Positions 52,513-64,000 of a DNA stretch of 64,000 bases are shown in pieces; position 1 is the first letter of the stretch; each line of letters opens with the position of its first letter. The notes below the pieces were generated by a model. That model did not search any database. It saw only the letters and a program-made list of their open reading frames with translations, and was not told the origin of the DNA. Origin of the DNA: Eledone cirrhosa (taxonomy: Eukaryota); assembly GCA_964016885.1 (NCBI GenBank), contig OZ024747.1, positions 44,578,001-44,642,000 of the forward strand. Reading direction: 5' to 3'. Position numbers and translations under genes: made by a program.

Positions 52513-52810
52513 ATCCATCGGAGCATGCAGGCTTCGTTTCTTTCTAATCTACGCAAGTCTTCCACAGACAGTGCCCAGGTCTCACTACCATGTAATATTG
52601 CTGTTCATATACACGCATCATACAGTCTGCCTTTCATTTTGAGGGAAAAGCCTTTTGCAGCTAGCAGTGGCAGTAGCTCCCTGAACTTCTTCCATCCCGT
52701 TCTTACTCTAGTTATTGTACTTTCCGAACACCCACCTCCGCTGCTAATTTGGTCACCTAGGTAGCAGAAGCTGTCTACTGTTTCTACATAGCCCTCCCAG
52801 AGTTTGGTAT
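52513..52810 (-). mobile_element. Internal RTE-R1 fragment
   Basis: VETVDSFCYLGD...RLYDACI; matches 33600-33900. Confidence 0.85.
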
Positions 52811-53629
52811 ACATATATATATACAGTAACTGGTCCATTTTGGGCTGATCACTGGTAAAGTACTGTGAAGGTTTTCTATTCATATCACCAAAAAACTGAG
52901 GTCACCTGCTAAAATGTACATGGCTTATACTTTTATCACAAGCAATACCCCTTACTTTACAATGAGATATATAGATCCTTTGATTTTCAATTAATTTTTA
53001 AAATAAAATGTTTGCAGCAATTTACTAACTTTCTTGTTATTATGTTGATGCATAGAACATAACTTAAGAAACTGTTCTCACAAAAGATTATCATAAAACA
53101 TTTTAAAACACGTTTTTCATCATAGAACCAGGTACCGTACCAAAAGGGTAAACAGTGTGAATCAATAGAAAAGAACTGAAACAAAGTCAAATATATGTCT
53201 TGACTAATGCTTGCCACAATATATTAAAATATATCAAAAACTGAAATTGACAACCTAATAAAAACTAAGAATTTTGTGATGAATTTTTTATGAGAAATTT
53301 GACATGAATAAAATTATTTGGTTTTAATAAATTGACAAGGCTTTCATTTCTAATACAGTTTTATATAAACTTATAAAATATATGCATAAGCCATACAGGC
53401 AGTGTTTTCAATATAAAATTCATCTCTTTAACCCTTTTGATATCAAACTACATGAAACTGTCCCCAGTTCTATGTTACAAAGCTGTTTTATATTTATCTA
53501 AAAACCTTCTATCATAATTTTATGCATTAACATTTGTTATACTATGTTTGAAACACTGGTTTAAAAATGAGAAAGTTAGCTATATTGCTGAATCCCTACA
53601 GATATCTCTTTTTTCTCTCTCTCTCTCTT

Positions 53630-54050
53630 CAGCACCTCTTAATAATCCGGCCTTGATAAGTGATTTTCAGTATTTTTCTTATGCATCTATGTTGAAAAAC
53701 GTTGAGCTTCGTTAGAATTTTGGCAGTCATTTTCCAGGTTTCACTCGTATATATGGAAGTGGTGGTTATAATGCTGTTGAAGTGCTGCAGTTTGATGGGA
53801 GATTATTGTGATGACCAAATGCTTCTCATGCGCTGAAATACTCCTGATGCCTTTCTAATTCTGCAGTTTACCTCAAGCTCAGCGAGGTCTTCATTGAAGA
53901 TTATGCTGCCCAAATAGGTGAATTGGTTGACCTCTTCTCTTGCCTGTGTTTCAATATGCACTTTCTCAGCAATTTTATTGCCAACTTGCATAACTTTGGT
54001 CTTTTCTCTGTTAATTCTGAATCCAATTTTTGCTGCAGATTCTTCTAACT
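53630..54050 (-). mobile_element. Degenerate RTE-clade LINE fragment (another family)
   Basis: EEVNQFTYLGS...EVNCRIRKASGVFQRMRSIWSS. Confidence 0.7.
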
Positions 54051-55469
54051 AGGAGCATTTTATCATGACACCAGCCCTACCACTTTTCAGAATGTATTGG
54101 GTGCTTTTTGTCATGGCATCACCACTACTACCTTACACTGTGGACTGGGTACTTTTCATCTTTTCACTAGCACTACTCTCTTAAAGAGTGGACTAGGTGC
54201 TTTTCATCATGACATCAGGACTAGCACTATAGAGTGCAGCGATTGCTTTTGAATAGCCCTTTCACTACTACCTTACAAGGTGGACTGGGTAGTTTTTGTT
54301 GTGTCACTAGTACAACCACCTTAAAGGGAAACTGGTTGCTTTTTATCATGATATGTATAGAAGGATTTGATGTTTTGACCACACCGATCAATGGCAACAC
54401 TAAATTATATCACAAACAAACTAAAACAAACATTTAGTGTGAAGAGGTATTGTTCTAGACATGTCTAGATAGAGATCAATATCAAAATAAAAACCTCACT
54501 GATTAGAATTTTCATTTCTATAATCAATAGTAGCTTCAGCAACTGATCCATTATCATGATTTTCATGCTTTATCTATTCCATGCTTCAATTAACTGCTTT
54601 CTACCGATAAGCTATTCATTAAACATACATCCATGAATCACCAACCACATTGAGAACATATTGGAAAGCCAAGTACTTCACAACTGAGGCCCAACTGTTT
54701 AAAATGATTTCTAGTGATTTCTAGAAAAGAATAAAGAAATTGAACTTACTCCTTGATCTTCTTTCCATCTTGCAGACCTAATGGCTAACAAGTGTACATT
54801 AATGGTGCACAAAAGAAAAATAATTAACTTTGAAAAGAATAAATGTGAAACCTTGAGGCAGTTAGGTTCAAAACTACTTTCCTGAAATAACTAGATACTA
54901 CGGTAAAAGTTAGACAACCATTTCAAGAAATTTCAATGGATTTCATTTTAAACAACTTTAGTAAATAACTTAATGAGAAATCTTGCAAATATGTCAGCTG
55001 CATCTGCTCTAAATTCATTATAATAAAACCATGTAAAGACTATTTTGAAATGCCATGATAGTTGATAGATAAAGTAGGCGACAGTAATTTGTTTTATAAA
55101 TGTTTTTCAGATACTTAACTCTCTAAAAAATTATTTACTTGAAGATTATTTTTTTTGTGTTTTCAAACCACAGGTTATCAAATTTTGATTGAATCATAAA
55201 CTTTTCTAAGTAATTAATCAAACAAAAATCGTTTGATCCTTAATTCTTTAATGTATTTTACACAATAAGACAAAATTTCTTTAATCATCACCAGCATTAC
55301 ATTCAATAAACAAAAAGTAATTTTAAATTGAGATCAGAAAATGTCTTCATAATCTGCAATTGGGACTAAATTGAATCAACTATTGATATTCTAGTCATCA
55401 ATCTACTGTTTCATATTTTCCGTCTATTCTTCTGAAAGTCCACCTATTTCTAAAGCTTGCTGATGCCCT

Positions 55470-56465
55470 CTTCCTTGTGAGGCAACTGCAGAAGTACCTT
55501 GTTAAAAGTAACCCCTTCTACTTGGCATTTGTTAACCTGGAGAAAACATTTGACAGAGTCCTCTGATTCGTAAACTAGGGGCAGATGAGTGGCTTGTGAA
55601 GGCAGTACAAACCATGTACAGAAGAGCAGTCAGCAAGGTTAAAATTAACAATGACTATAGTGAGGAATCTATCATGCAAGTAGGAGTCTATCAGGGCTCT
55701 GTTCTTAGCCCTTTCCTGTTTATTATCATCCTGCAAGTTATAACAGAAGAGTTTAAGACTGACTGCCCATGGGAACTTCTGTATACAGATGATCTAACCC
55801 TTGTAGCTGAATTTATAGCAGAATTCGAGAAGAAATTCCAAACTTGGAAGCATAGCTTAGAAGCAAAAGGTCTTAAAGTCAACTTAGCAAAAGACTGAAG
55901 TCCTAGTAGGTAGAAAGGAAAACAGGGCCCAGATCACTTAAGGGAAAGTCTGCAAGAAAGGAATGGGTAGTAATTCCATCCTATGTCCCAAATACAAACT
56001 ATCAGTACATAAGAGATGTAGTGGGATCTCAGGCAGGCTAGCAAAAAACGTAAGTTTTTTATGTGGTCAAGGCACAAGAGCAGTAAGCAGCAAGAACTCA
56101 CAAGAAACAAGCTCTGTAGAAGTAGTTGATAGCTTCAATTAACAATGGAGGTTGGTTTTCTGAAAGTACAGTAGCCAGAGAACAAGATGGAAGAAGTTCA
56201 GGGAGCTACTACCTCTGCTAGCTACAAAAGGTTTTTCCCTCAAAATGAAAGGCAGATTGTAGGACATTTGTGTAGAAACAGTAATTTGCATGGAAGTGAG
56301 GCCTGGGAACTGTGTGCAGAGGATCTACAAAGATTGGAAAGGAATAAAGCTTGCTTGCTCCACTGGATGTGTAATAGTAGTATACATGAATGGCAAAACG
56401 TCAATGATCTGAGAGAGAAACTAGGCATAAGAAGGGTCAGGTGCAGTGTACAGGGTAGGAGATTA
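55470..56465 (+). mobile_element. Older, decayed RTE-R1-related LINE fragment
   Basis: NLEKTFDRV, GVYQGSVLSPFLF, PWELLYTDDL, HGSEAW; many frameshifts. Confidence 0.85.
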
Positions 56466-56820
56466 CTATATATCTTAATTAATTACTACAACAAGCACTA
56501 ATTATATGCAAATTAGTACATCCATTTCTGAATAATACTATCAGCTGATGGATATATATATACCCATCAAATATATGTTTTCTTGTGGTTGGAATATACA
56601 TGTCTTATCATGAGGATCCAATTAAATCCAAATATTGATTAAAGATGTTTAATATTTTTCAATTTACAGGGAAATTTGTATTTTCTGGCATGTTTACGAG
56701 TCTACATATTAGATATGAGTGTATATTTATACACACTGGTTCAGTCTCAGTTATACACTCTGTATTATGATTATCTGTATGCAGATTATCTTACAGTTCA
56801 ACCGCAAGCACATTTCTTAC

Positions 56821-56894
<74 letters not shown>

Positions 56895-58004
56895 GAGAGA
56901 GAGAGAGATGTGTAGATGCACACACGTACATATGAATATATGTATACATGTGCGTATAATTTTTATATACTACATCTTCAGTTATGCATGCATCCACGGC
57001 AGTCTAAATCTAAAAATACAATATATATGTATATATATACATATACATGCATATATATGTGTGCGTGTGTGTCTCTGTGTGTGTGTACATATTTGCATTG
57101 CCCTTAACCAATGGAGGCACTCTCCACTATACTGTAGGATACCCTTTTATTACCATATTTCTAATGAAAGACACTGTCTGTAATTCTCAAGAAATTTTGA
57201 AAATAATCAATAATTTGGAGGGGTTCAGTGTTTGGAGCATAACTTAACAAAGGTTCTCACATAAACTTATACTGAAAGGTTTTTAGCTCCATATAAATAC
57301 TTTCCAACAAACAGTTTTGTATCATAGAGCCAAAGCAGTTTCAGAGAGTTTTGTATCAAATAGGTTAAAGCATGGAAATTGTTTCATGGACATATCAGAG
57401 AGCAACAGAATAATGTAATTGAAGAAGGCTTCAAATTTTTGGCACAGAAAGACATAGCGAGAGGTAACCAGGCAGGTACAGTAAGTAGTTTTAAGATGGG
57501 TTGGGATAAAGCCAGCAAGTCTAAAAGAGTAGAGGCTAATGGCTATTTTATGACAGTAGATGCAATTCTTAAAAATATTTAATCATAGTGAACTGTAAGA
57601 ATTTAAGCTGAGATTTTATATGTTGACATTTTCAGGAAAATGCATTATAATTTCATACCTGCATTCCATTAATATCATAACTGTCACGTTTGGACACTGT
57701 CCTCACAATAACTTAAAACTTTTTTTTTTTTTTCAATTTCTGAAGTGACCAACTTTGTTTAACTCAATGTCCTGTACCACATGAATCCACATTAATGAGA
57801 CGTCCTTGAAAAGTTCAAAGCAGCACTATGACTGCATCATCATCATCACTTTATGTTCATAGTTTTCATGCTTGCTTTATGAATTAAAGTCTTTACTCTA
57901 TTACTGCAAATGTTCACAATGATCTGACCACTAGTTGAGATACTATAAACATTTGAATTAACAAACACACTTTTAGATATTTTCTGCTAAATCATTACAG
58001 GATG

Positions 58005-58231
58005 TTAACCCTTTAGCATTTGCATTATTCTATATATACTATTGTATTTTCACAGTAAAGGCTTTATCTTACACAATTATCTCACATAATATCAAATTTA
58101 TGAGATTTTGATATTATTTATTTAAGAACAATACTTTAACGTTGCTTTGAGTGGCCAGTTATGACCGGTTTGAACAGAAGATGTGAGAGAATTCTGGCCG
58201 GATATGGCCGGTTTGAATGCTAAAGGGTTAA
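58005..58231. mobile_element. piggyBac-type MITE family 1
   Basis: TTAACCCTTTAGCATT ... AATGCTAAAGGGTTAA, a perfect 16-bp terminal inversion including TTAA. Confidence 0.85.
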
Positions 58232-58424
58232 GAGTAAAATTGTCAAATAAATTTTTCAAACATCAAGAATCTTGTTTGTACATTGGAGATTTCTTCCTGA
58301 AAAATTACATGTCAATCATGTTTACTATATCAATGTTATATACTAATTCCCAGTTAATTACTAAACACAATTACTATACCACTGTTATAGTAAATACTAT
58401 TACTATACCACTATTTGTTTGTCA

Positions 58425-59305
58425 TTGGACTGTGGCCATGCTGAAGCATCAAACTTTCACTGGCTTCAGTCTTAGACTGGCCATGCTGGGACAGCACACA
58501 CTTTTACTGGCTTCAGTCCTTAGACTGTGGCCATGCTGGGACAGCACACACTTTTACTGGCTTCAGTCATTAGACTGTGGCCATGCTGGGACAGCAGACA
58601 CTTTTACTGGCTTCAGTCATTAGACTGTAGTCATGCTGGGACAGCAAACACTTTTACTGGCTTCAGTCATTAGACTGTGGCCATGCTAGGACAGCAAACA
58701 CTTTTACTGGCTTCAGTCATTAGACTGTGCTCATGCTGGGACAGCAAACACTTTTACTGGCTTCAGTCCTTAGACTGTGGCGATGCTGGGACAGCAAACA
58801 CTTTTACTGGCTTCAGTCCTTAGACTGTGGCTATGCTGGGACAGCAAACACTTTTACTGGCTTCAGTCATTAGACTGTGCTCATGCTGGGACAGCAAACA
58901 CTTTTACTGGCTTCAGTCATTAGATTGTGCTCATGCTGGGACAGCAAACACTTTTACTGGCTTCAGTCATTAGATTGTGCTCATGCTGGGACAGCAAACA
59001 CTTTTACTGGCTTCAGTCATTAGACTGTGCTCATGCTGGGACAGCAAACACTTTTACTGGCTTCAGTCATTAGACTGTGGCTATGCTGGGACAGCAAACA
59101 CTTTTACTGGCTTCAGTCCTTAGACTGTGGCCATGCTGGAACAGCAAACACTTTTACTGGCTTCAGTCCTTAGACTGTGGCCATGCTGGGACAGCAAACA
59201 CTTTTACTGGCTTCAGTCCTTAGACTGTGGCCATGCTGGAACAGCAAACACTTTTACTGGCTTCAGTCCTTAGACTGTGGCCATGCTGGGGCATTACACA
59301 CTTTT
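58425..59305. repeat. 50-bp minisatellite, about 17 copies
   Basis: Unit TAGACTGTGGCCATGCTGGGACAGCAAACACTTTTACTGGCTTCAGTC(C/A)T. Confidence 0.97.
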
Positions 59306-59392
59306 AATGGTTCCAGCCCTGCTATTTCAGCACTATATCTCTATCATTCACAATATCATGTGCATTCAGATATAAAACGGATGTCATAGTAA

Positions 59393-59583
59393 TTAATTGT
59401 TTCTACGTTAGGCACAAGGCCAGCAATTACCCAGTGCATTACTGGTACTTTATTTTATCGACCCCGTAAGGATGAAAGGCAAAGTCAACCTCGGCGGGAT
59501 TTGAACTCAGATCGTAAAGGGACGTAACTATGCTGGAAAGCATGGCGTCCGACCCTCTACCGATACTGCCAATCCACCGCCCT
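59393..59583 (-). mobile_element. SINE family A, near-consensus, with TSD
   Basis: Direct repeat GGATGTCATAGTAATTAAT at about 59379 and 59591. Confidence 0.9.
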
Positions 59584-60287
59584 TGTCATAGGATGTCATA
59601 GTAATTAATGTTAACATATACAGAAACATAACTTCAGTTATGTTAACATGGTGTGGTAATTAATTATTACACAACTATAGAATACTATTTATGCTAGCAT
59701 GAACAATTATAGAAAAAGACAAAGAAAGAATCAAAATGAAAGTAGAAAAAGAAATTGTTTGTAAAGTTAGAAATTCATAAAATAATTCTTGTTAATTGGA
59801 AATTTGAAATACAAAATAAAATAATATAAATATATCAACAAGTACTGCGAAGAAGATTTATAATCTTTTATGCTCTCCACACCTGAAATATGATGTTATT
59901 CTATGTCATTAAATATGTATAAGACTCCAAATATTGTGTTATTTGTGTGTAAGAGTTACATGTAGCATATGGTACAACATGTATGGCATGAGACGGAACA
60001 CACTGTGGTTGATTTATTTAGTACAACTATTAATCTATTTTCGTGAAGAGCAGATTCTTGTGTTCAAGATTAGAGTTTATATATGCTCCGGCATATAATT
60101 TTGCCATGCTTATCATATGAATGTGGAAAGTACTGGAATGTCATACAAAGGTTGAGGGTAAACAAGAAATTTATGCTTGGGAATATAGTTATAGGATTAT
60201 AAGCCTGATACAATAAGATGTAGTTATTTAGCTAGTAACTATCAGCTGGTGATGATCAGAATAATGATGTCATTATTTATTCTGTTG

Positions 60288-60483
60288 GGCAGTGGATTGG
60301 CAATATCTGTAGAGCATCAGACAACACGCTTTGCGGCATAGAGTTAAGGCCTTTTACCTTCTGAGTTCAAATCCTGTCAAGGTTAGCTTTGCCTTTCATT
60401 CTTACAGGATTGATAAAATAAAGTACCAGTAATGTACTGGGGTCAATTTAGTCGACATTATTCTCCCCCAAAATTGCTGGCCA
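60288..60483 (+). mobile_element. SINE family A
   Basis: GGCAGTGGATTGGCAATATC...GAGTTCAAATCC...AATAAAGTACCAG. Confidence 0.8.
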
Positions 60484-60563
60484 ATATCTATTTTGTTATT
60501 TTGTTAATAAATAACTTGCAACCGAGTCTAAATGCTTCTTTGTCTTTTCCAAATCTACGACAT

Positions 60564-60954
60564 TTAACCCTTTTGACACCAAACTGCCTTACCTCATTCT
60601 AGGTTATGTATATTTATCTAAAAGCTGTGTATTTATCTAAAAGCATTTGATCATAATTTCATATAAGAATCTTTGTTAAGTTTTGTACTAAACACTAGAT
60701 AAATGTAAAAGTTAGTTATAATAATACTAAATTCCTCTAAATACTTGTGTATTTTCCAAATGATTTGAAAATTATAGGCAGTGTCTTTCATTTGAAATGT
60801 GATAACGAAAGGGTTAGTATATTAGGATTTTATTTCATTAACCCTTTAGCATTTAAATCGGCTGTAACCAGCCAGAATTCTTTCATCTCTTTCTGTTCAA
60901 ACCAGCTGTAACCGACCACTCATACTGATGTTAAGGTAAATGTTAAAGGGTTAA
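60564..60954. mobile_element. Two adjacent TTAA-ended MITEs (about 60564-60817 family 2; 60838-60954 deleted family 1)
   Basis: TTAACCCTTTTGACAC...GATAACGAAAGGGTTAG and TTAACCCTTTAGCATTTA...TAAATGTTAAAGGGTTAA. Confidence 0.65.
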
Positions 60955-61643
60955 ATTCCATCATAAATTCACCAAATAACATCTAGAACAGCTGGTTATA
61001 AGTGTGTCAGTAGATAGACTGGAAACTGTAATAGTAATATATAAAGATGACAGAAGAAATAATTTATTTTAAGAATCTAGTGTTCCAGAATCATGGAGTA
61101 TATATATATATAATAATAATACTATTTATAGTTATGTATATACAATAAACAACTATAAACAGGAAAGGTCAGTAATTTCCTACTACCTTATTACCAGTAA
61201 GAGAAATAACTCAATGTAAGAACATCAGGTGCTTTACAGAGCAGGAAATAAATAAATAAATTAGACATTTTAATACATTAACATATTTGCTTACCATACA
61301 GTATTTATTTATTTATTTATATATGCATAATAGCTTTGCTTATTTTCCTCTCATATATATGACTAACGCATGTGCACTTTCTACACGCTTGCATATGTAC
61401 TGCTAATGTACTCTTTCTTTCTCAATGCCTCTTTAATTATTAGACTATTCTCTTGTATTATCTGCCACATGTATTCCACTCTGTGCTTTTAATTTGAATT
61501 TGAATTTTTGTACAATTCTTGTATAATATATGTCGCATCCAGTACCCCCTGTAAATACCAAACTGTTGTTCACAACATCAATATATATGTATCTATATGA
61601 TTGTTAAGTTGAATAGGAGTTTAATTATATGTACAAACATTGA

Positions 61644-61697
61644 TAATGCTCCGATGACTCCAAACGAAAGTTTGGAAGAAACGATTGTCAGCTATTA
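61644..61697 (+). ncRNA. Type-I hammerhead ribozyme, U4C core variant
   Basis: TAATGCT-CCGATGA-CTCCAAAC(GAAA)GTTTGGAA-GAAA-CGATTGT-C-AGCTATTA; GUC cleavage triplet ends at 61689. Confidence 0.65.
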
Positions 61698-61818
61698 AAT
61701 GATTTGAACACAACTTTGATAATTGTCTAATTTATTATATATATATATATATATCATCATCAACATCATCATCTTCGTTTAACGTCCATTTTCCATGCTA
61801 GCATGGGTTAGATGTATG

Positions 61819-61878
<60 letters not shown>

Positions 61879-62074
61879 GTTATATATTGTTATATTTGGG
61901 GAGGGTCATATTGTTATAATATTGCCAGAAATAATAATAAAACACACACACTGTTTGATTTGGATTGGTTTTTGCTTCTGTATATTTTATATCCCTATAG
62001 TTAATTTAGCTGGCAATCAATGTTTATCATTGATTGACCAACAGTTAAAAATAAAGATATACATATATATAATC

Positions 62075-62620
62075 TATCAAAGTTCTTTCATCACACACCT
62101 GTGACATCATCAGTGGTACTATTATGTTTCCTACCGTTGTAATGTAATGTCTACTCCATTTTTATTTTTATTTTATTTATTTATTTATTCTTGTCTCTGT
62201 TTGCGCATGCGTTTGTGTGTGTCTGAGTCTGTGTGTATTTGTATTCTATCTTTGTTCACTAGTGTGTGTCTATGTGTGGTTGTTGTTATTGTACCTGTGT
62301 ATATTTATTTATATTCATGTTAGGTCAGTATTGTGTGTTTGTGTATGGTTGTTGTTATTCCATTCATTTTTTCTGTCCAACTTCGGTTTTCTTAGTTCTA
62401 TTGCAGTTACTTCTCTGATTTGTCTACCTGTTGAGACATTTCTATGTTTAGATATTACCTTAATTTCTATGTTGTCTATATTACCATCATGTCTTTGTCT
62501 GGTGTGTTCATATAGTACCGAACCGTCTTTTTGTCCTTTTAGTTCCCCCCAGTGTTGGTCTATTCTCTATGCTTCGAGCTGCCTCACCTATGTATTTTCT
62601 CATTAAATTTAAACATGTGG
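62075..62620 (-). mobile_element. Penelope-like element fragment: GIY-YIG endonuclease C-terminal half followed by a degenerate hammerhead
   Basis: My manual minus-strand translation from about 62600 reads KYIGEAARSIENR...SVLYEHTRQRHDG...KVISKHRNVSTGRQIREVTAIELRKPKLDRKNEWN, matching the YIG...RQI.E...EWN pattern of PLE endonucleases. Downstream, 62075-62120 reads CTGATGA-TGTCAC..GTGAT-GAAA. Confidence 0.75.
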
Positions 62621-62667
62621 TCCTTTAAGGTAGTTTTAATACTAGCCCCTACTGCATATATATATAT

Positions 62668-62809
62668 AACGAAGGAATTGTGGTATGGAACCAGATAGAC
62701 CATAACGCACCAAAGTACTCAATACTTAGGGTAGTAGAGTGGGTAATAAGAACAGTCCAGAAATAGCCGTCAAAATGGCTTGAGCTCTGCCATCGGGGTC
62801 ATACTTGTT

Positions 62810-62813
<4 letters not shown>
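62668..62813. mobile_element. Rearranged copy of the 38462-38658 element
   Basis: 62668-62755 is the reverse complement of about 38573-38658; 62756-62813 is a forward match to 38522-38580. Confidence 0.7.
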
Positions 62814-62881
<68 letters not shown>

Positions 62882-62922
62882 TATACAAAGTGTTAAAACG
62901 ATCAAATTTTACTTTAGAACAT

Positions 62923-62977
62923 TTATTAGCTGACAATTGTTTCTTCCAGAGGGAAGTCTGGAATCATCGGAGCATAA
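62923..62977 (-). ncRNA. Type-I hammerhead ribozyme, U4C variant (left arm)
   Basis: Minus strand TTATGCT-CCGATGA-TTCCAGA(CTTCCC)TCTGGAA-GAAA-CAATTGT-C-AGCTAATAA. Confidence 0.7.
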
Positions 62978-63056
62978 GGAATGTCGAAAACGTGTAACTA
63001 GAATCCTAGTCATGTTCTAAATGACTAGGATTCTAGTTACACGTCTTCGACATTCC

Positions 63057-63111
63057 TTATGCTCCGAAGATTCCAGACTTCCCTCTGGAAGAAACAATTG
63101 TCAGCTAATAA
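63057..63111 (+). ncRNA. Type-I hammerhead ribozyme, U4C variant (right arm)
   Basis: TTATGCT-CCGAAGA-TTCCAGA(CTTCCC)TCTGGAA-GAAA-CAATTGT-C-AGCTAATAA; perfect 7-bp stem II; palindromic stem III ACAATTGT; GUC ends at 63102. Confidence 0.7.
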
Positions 63112-63259
63112 ATGTTCTAAACTAAAATTGGATCGTTTTAACACTTTGTATCTCGGCTCTGTAAAACACTTGAAAATTTGCATTGAGCCTTTTGTCATAC
63201 CAGTAACCGGCTAGTACTTAGTACTACCCTACATATTTATAGTTATATCAAATATATAA

Positions 63260-63361
63260 ATATTACTATATATATATCTATATATATATTCGATATATTC
63301 GCAAACACCTATATTATATATATATATATATATATACACACACATACATCTATATATACAC

Positions 63362-63434
<73 letters not shown>

Positions 63435-63595
63435 CACACACACACACATACATATATACACACACATACATATATATATATACACACATACATATATATA
63501 TATACACACACATACATATATATATATATACACACACACACACATATATATATACACACACACACATATATATATACACACACATATATATACAC

Positions 63596-63648
<53 letters not shown>

Positions 63649-63680
63649 CATACACACATATATAAACACAAATATATATA
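63260..63680. repeat. (TA)/(CA) compound microsatellite
   Basis: Directly visible. Confidence 0.95.
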
Positions 63681-64000
63681 CTCATTATCATAGAATCAGG
63701 TGCAGTTTCAGGTACCTTGGATCAAAAGCATTTATATCTGTTTAGCGTCAAAGTGAATAACCACATCAATCGTAGCGAGTCTCAAAGGGCCAGCAGTTGC
63801 CATGGGTACAGTCCTTACCTTCAGAGCAAAGGTGCATGGCTTAGTGGTGCCTGAAACCTCATTAATAATAAGAACTTTTTGTTAAGTACTGCTCCAAACA
63901 ACAACTTAATAACTAAAATGTTATTTTATCAATTCCTTCAAATTCTTGATTATTTTCAACATATGTCATGTGATTCATTAAAAATATTAATTTCTAATTT

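Larger units (their letters stand above)
62883..63151. repeat. About 270-bp palindrome (about 130-bp arms, 7-nt loop) carrying a hammerhead in each arm
   Basis: ATACAAAGTGTTAAAACGATC...CTAGTCAT-GTTCTAA-ATGACTAG...GATCGTTTTAACACTTTGTAT with few mismatches. Confidence 0.9.

Noticed and set aside
57090-57600. ORF 57379-57582 as a host exon
   Set aside because: No recognisable domain; the minus strand has only a faint LINE-like peptide (ELKTFQYKF), too decayed to call.

Overview
AT-rich, repeat-saturated eukaryotic (metazoan) genomic DNA. The SINE families and microsatellite load suggest a coleoid cephalopod such as Octopus; this is inference, not verified. I can support no host protein-coding gene: most ORFs in the track are translations of (TA)n/(CA)n/(TACA)n microsatellites. 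The real coding remnants are all transposon-derived: a near-full-length R4/Dong-type non-LTR retrotransposon (RT + CCHC + PD-(D/E)xK endonuclease) with a duplicated 3' copy, several RTE-clade LINE fragments from at least three families, a Tx1/L1 fragment, a Helitron PIF1-helicase fragment, a deleted mariner, and a Penelope-like GIY-YIG fragment. Non-coding content includes about 20 tRNA-derived SINEs, TTAA-flanked piggyBac-type MITEs and four minisatellites (43, 36, 46 and 50 bp units). The most interesting signals are: (i) minimal type-I hammerhead ribozyme folds, three with a CCGANGA (U4C) core, sitting in or near fold-back palindromes typical of Penelope-like elements; (ii) a duplicated composite of R4/Dong 3' end + microsatellite + a 600-bp RTE-derived non-autonomous element; (iii) SINEs with a shared head but swapped tails. 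Coordinates were read by eye and may be off by a few bases.
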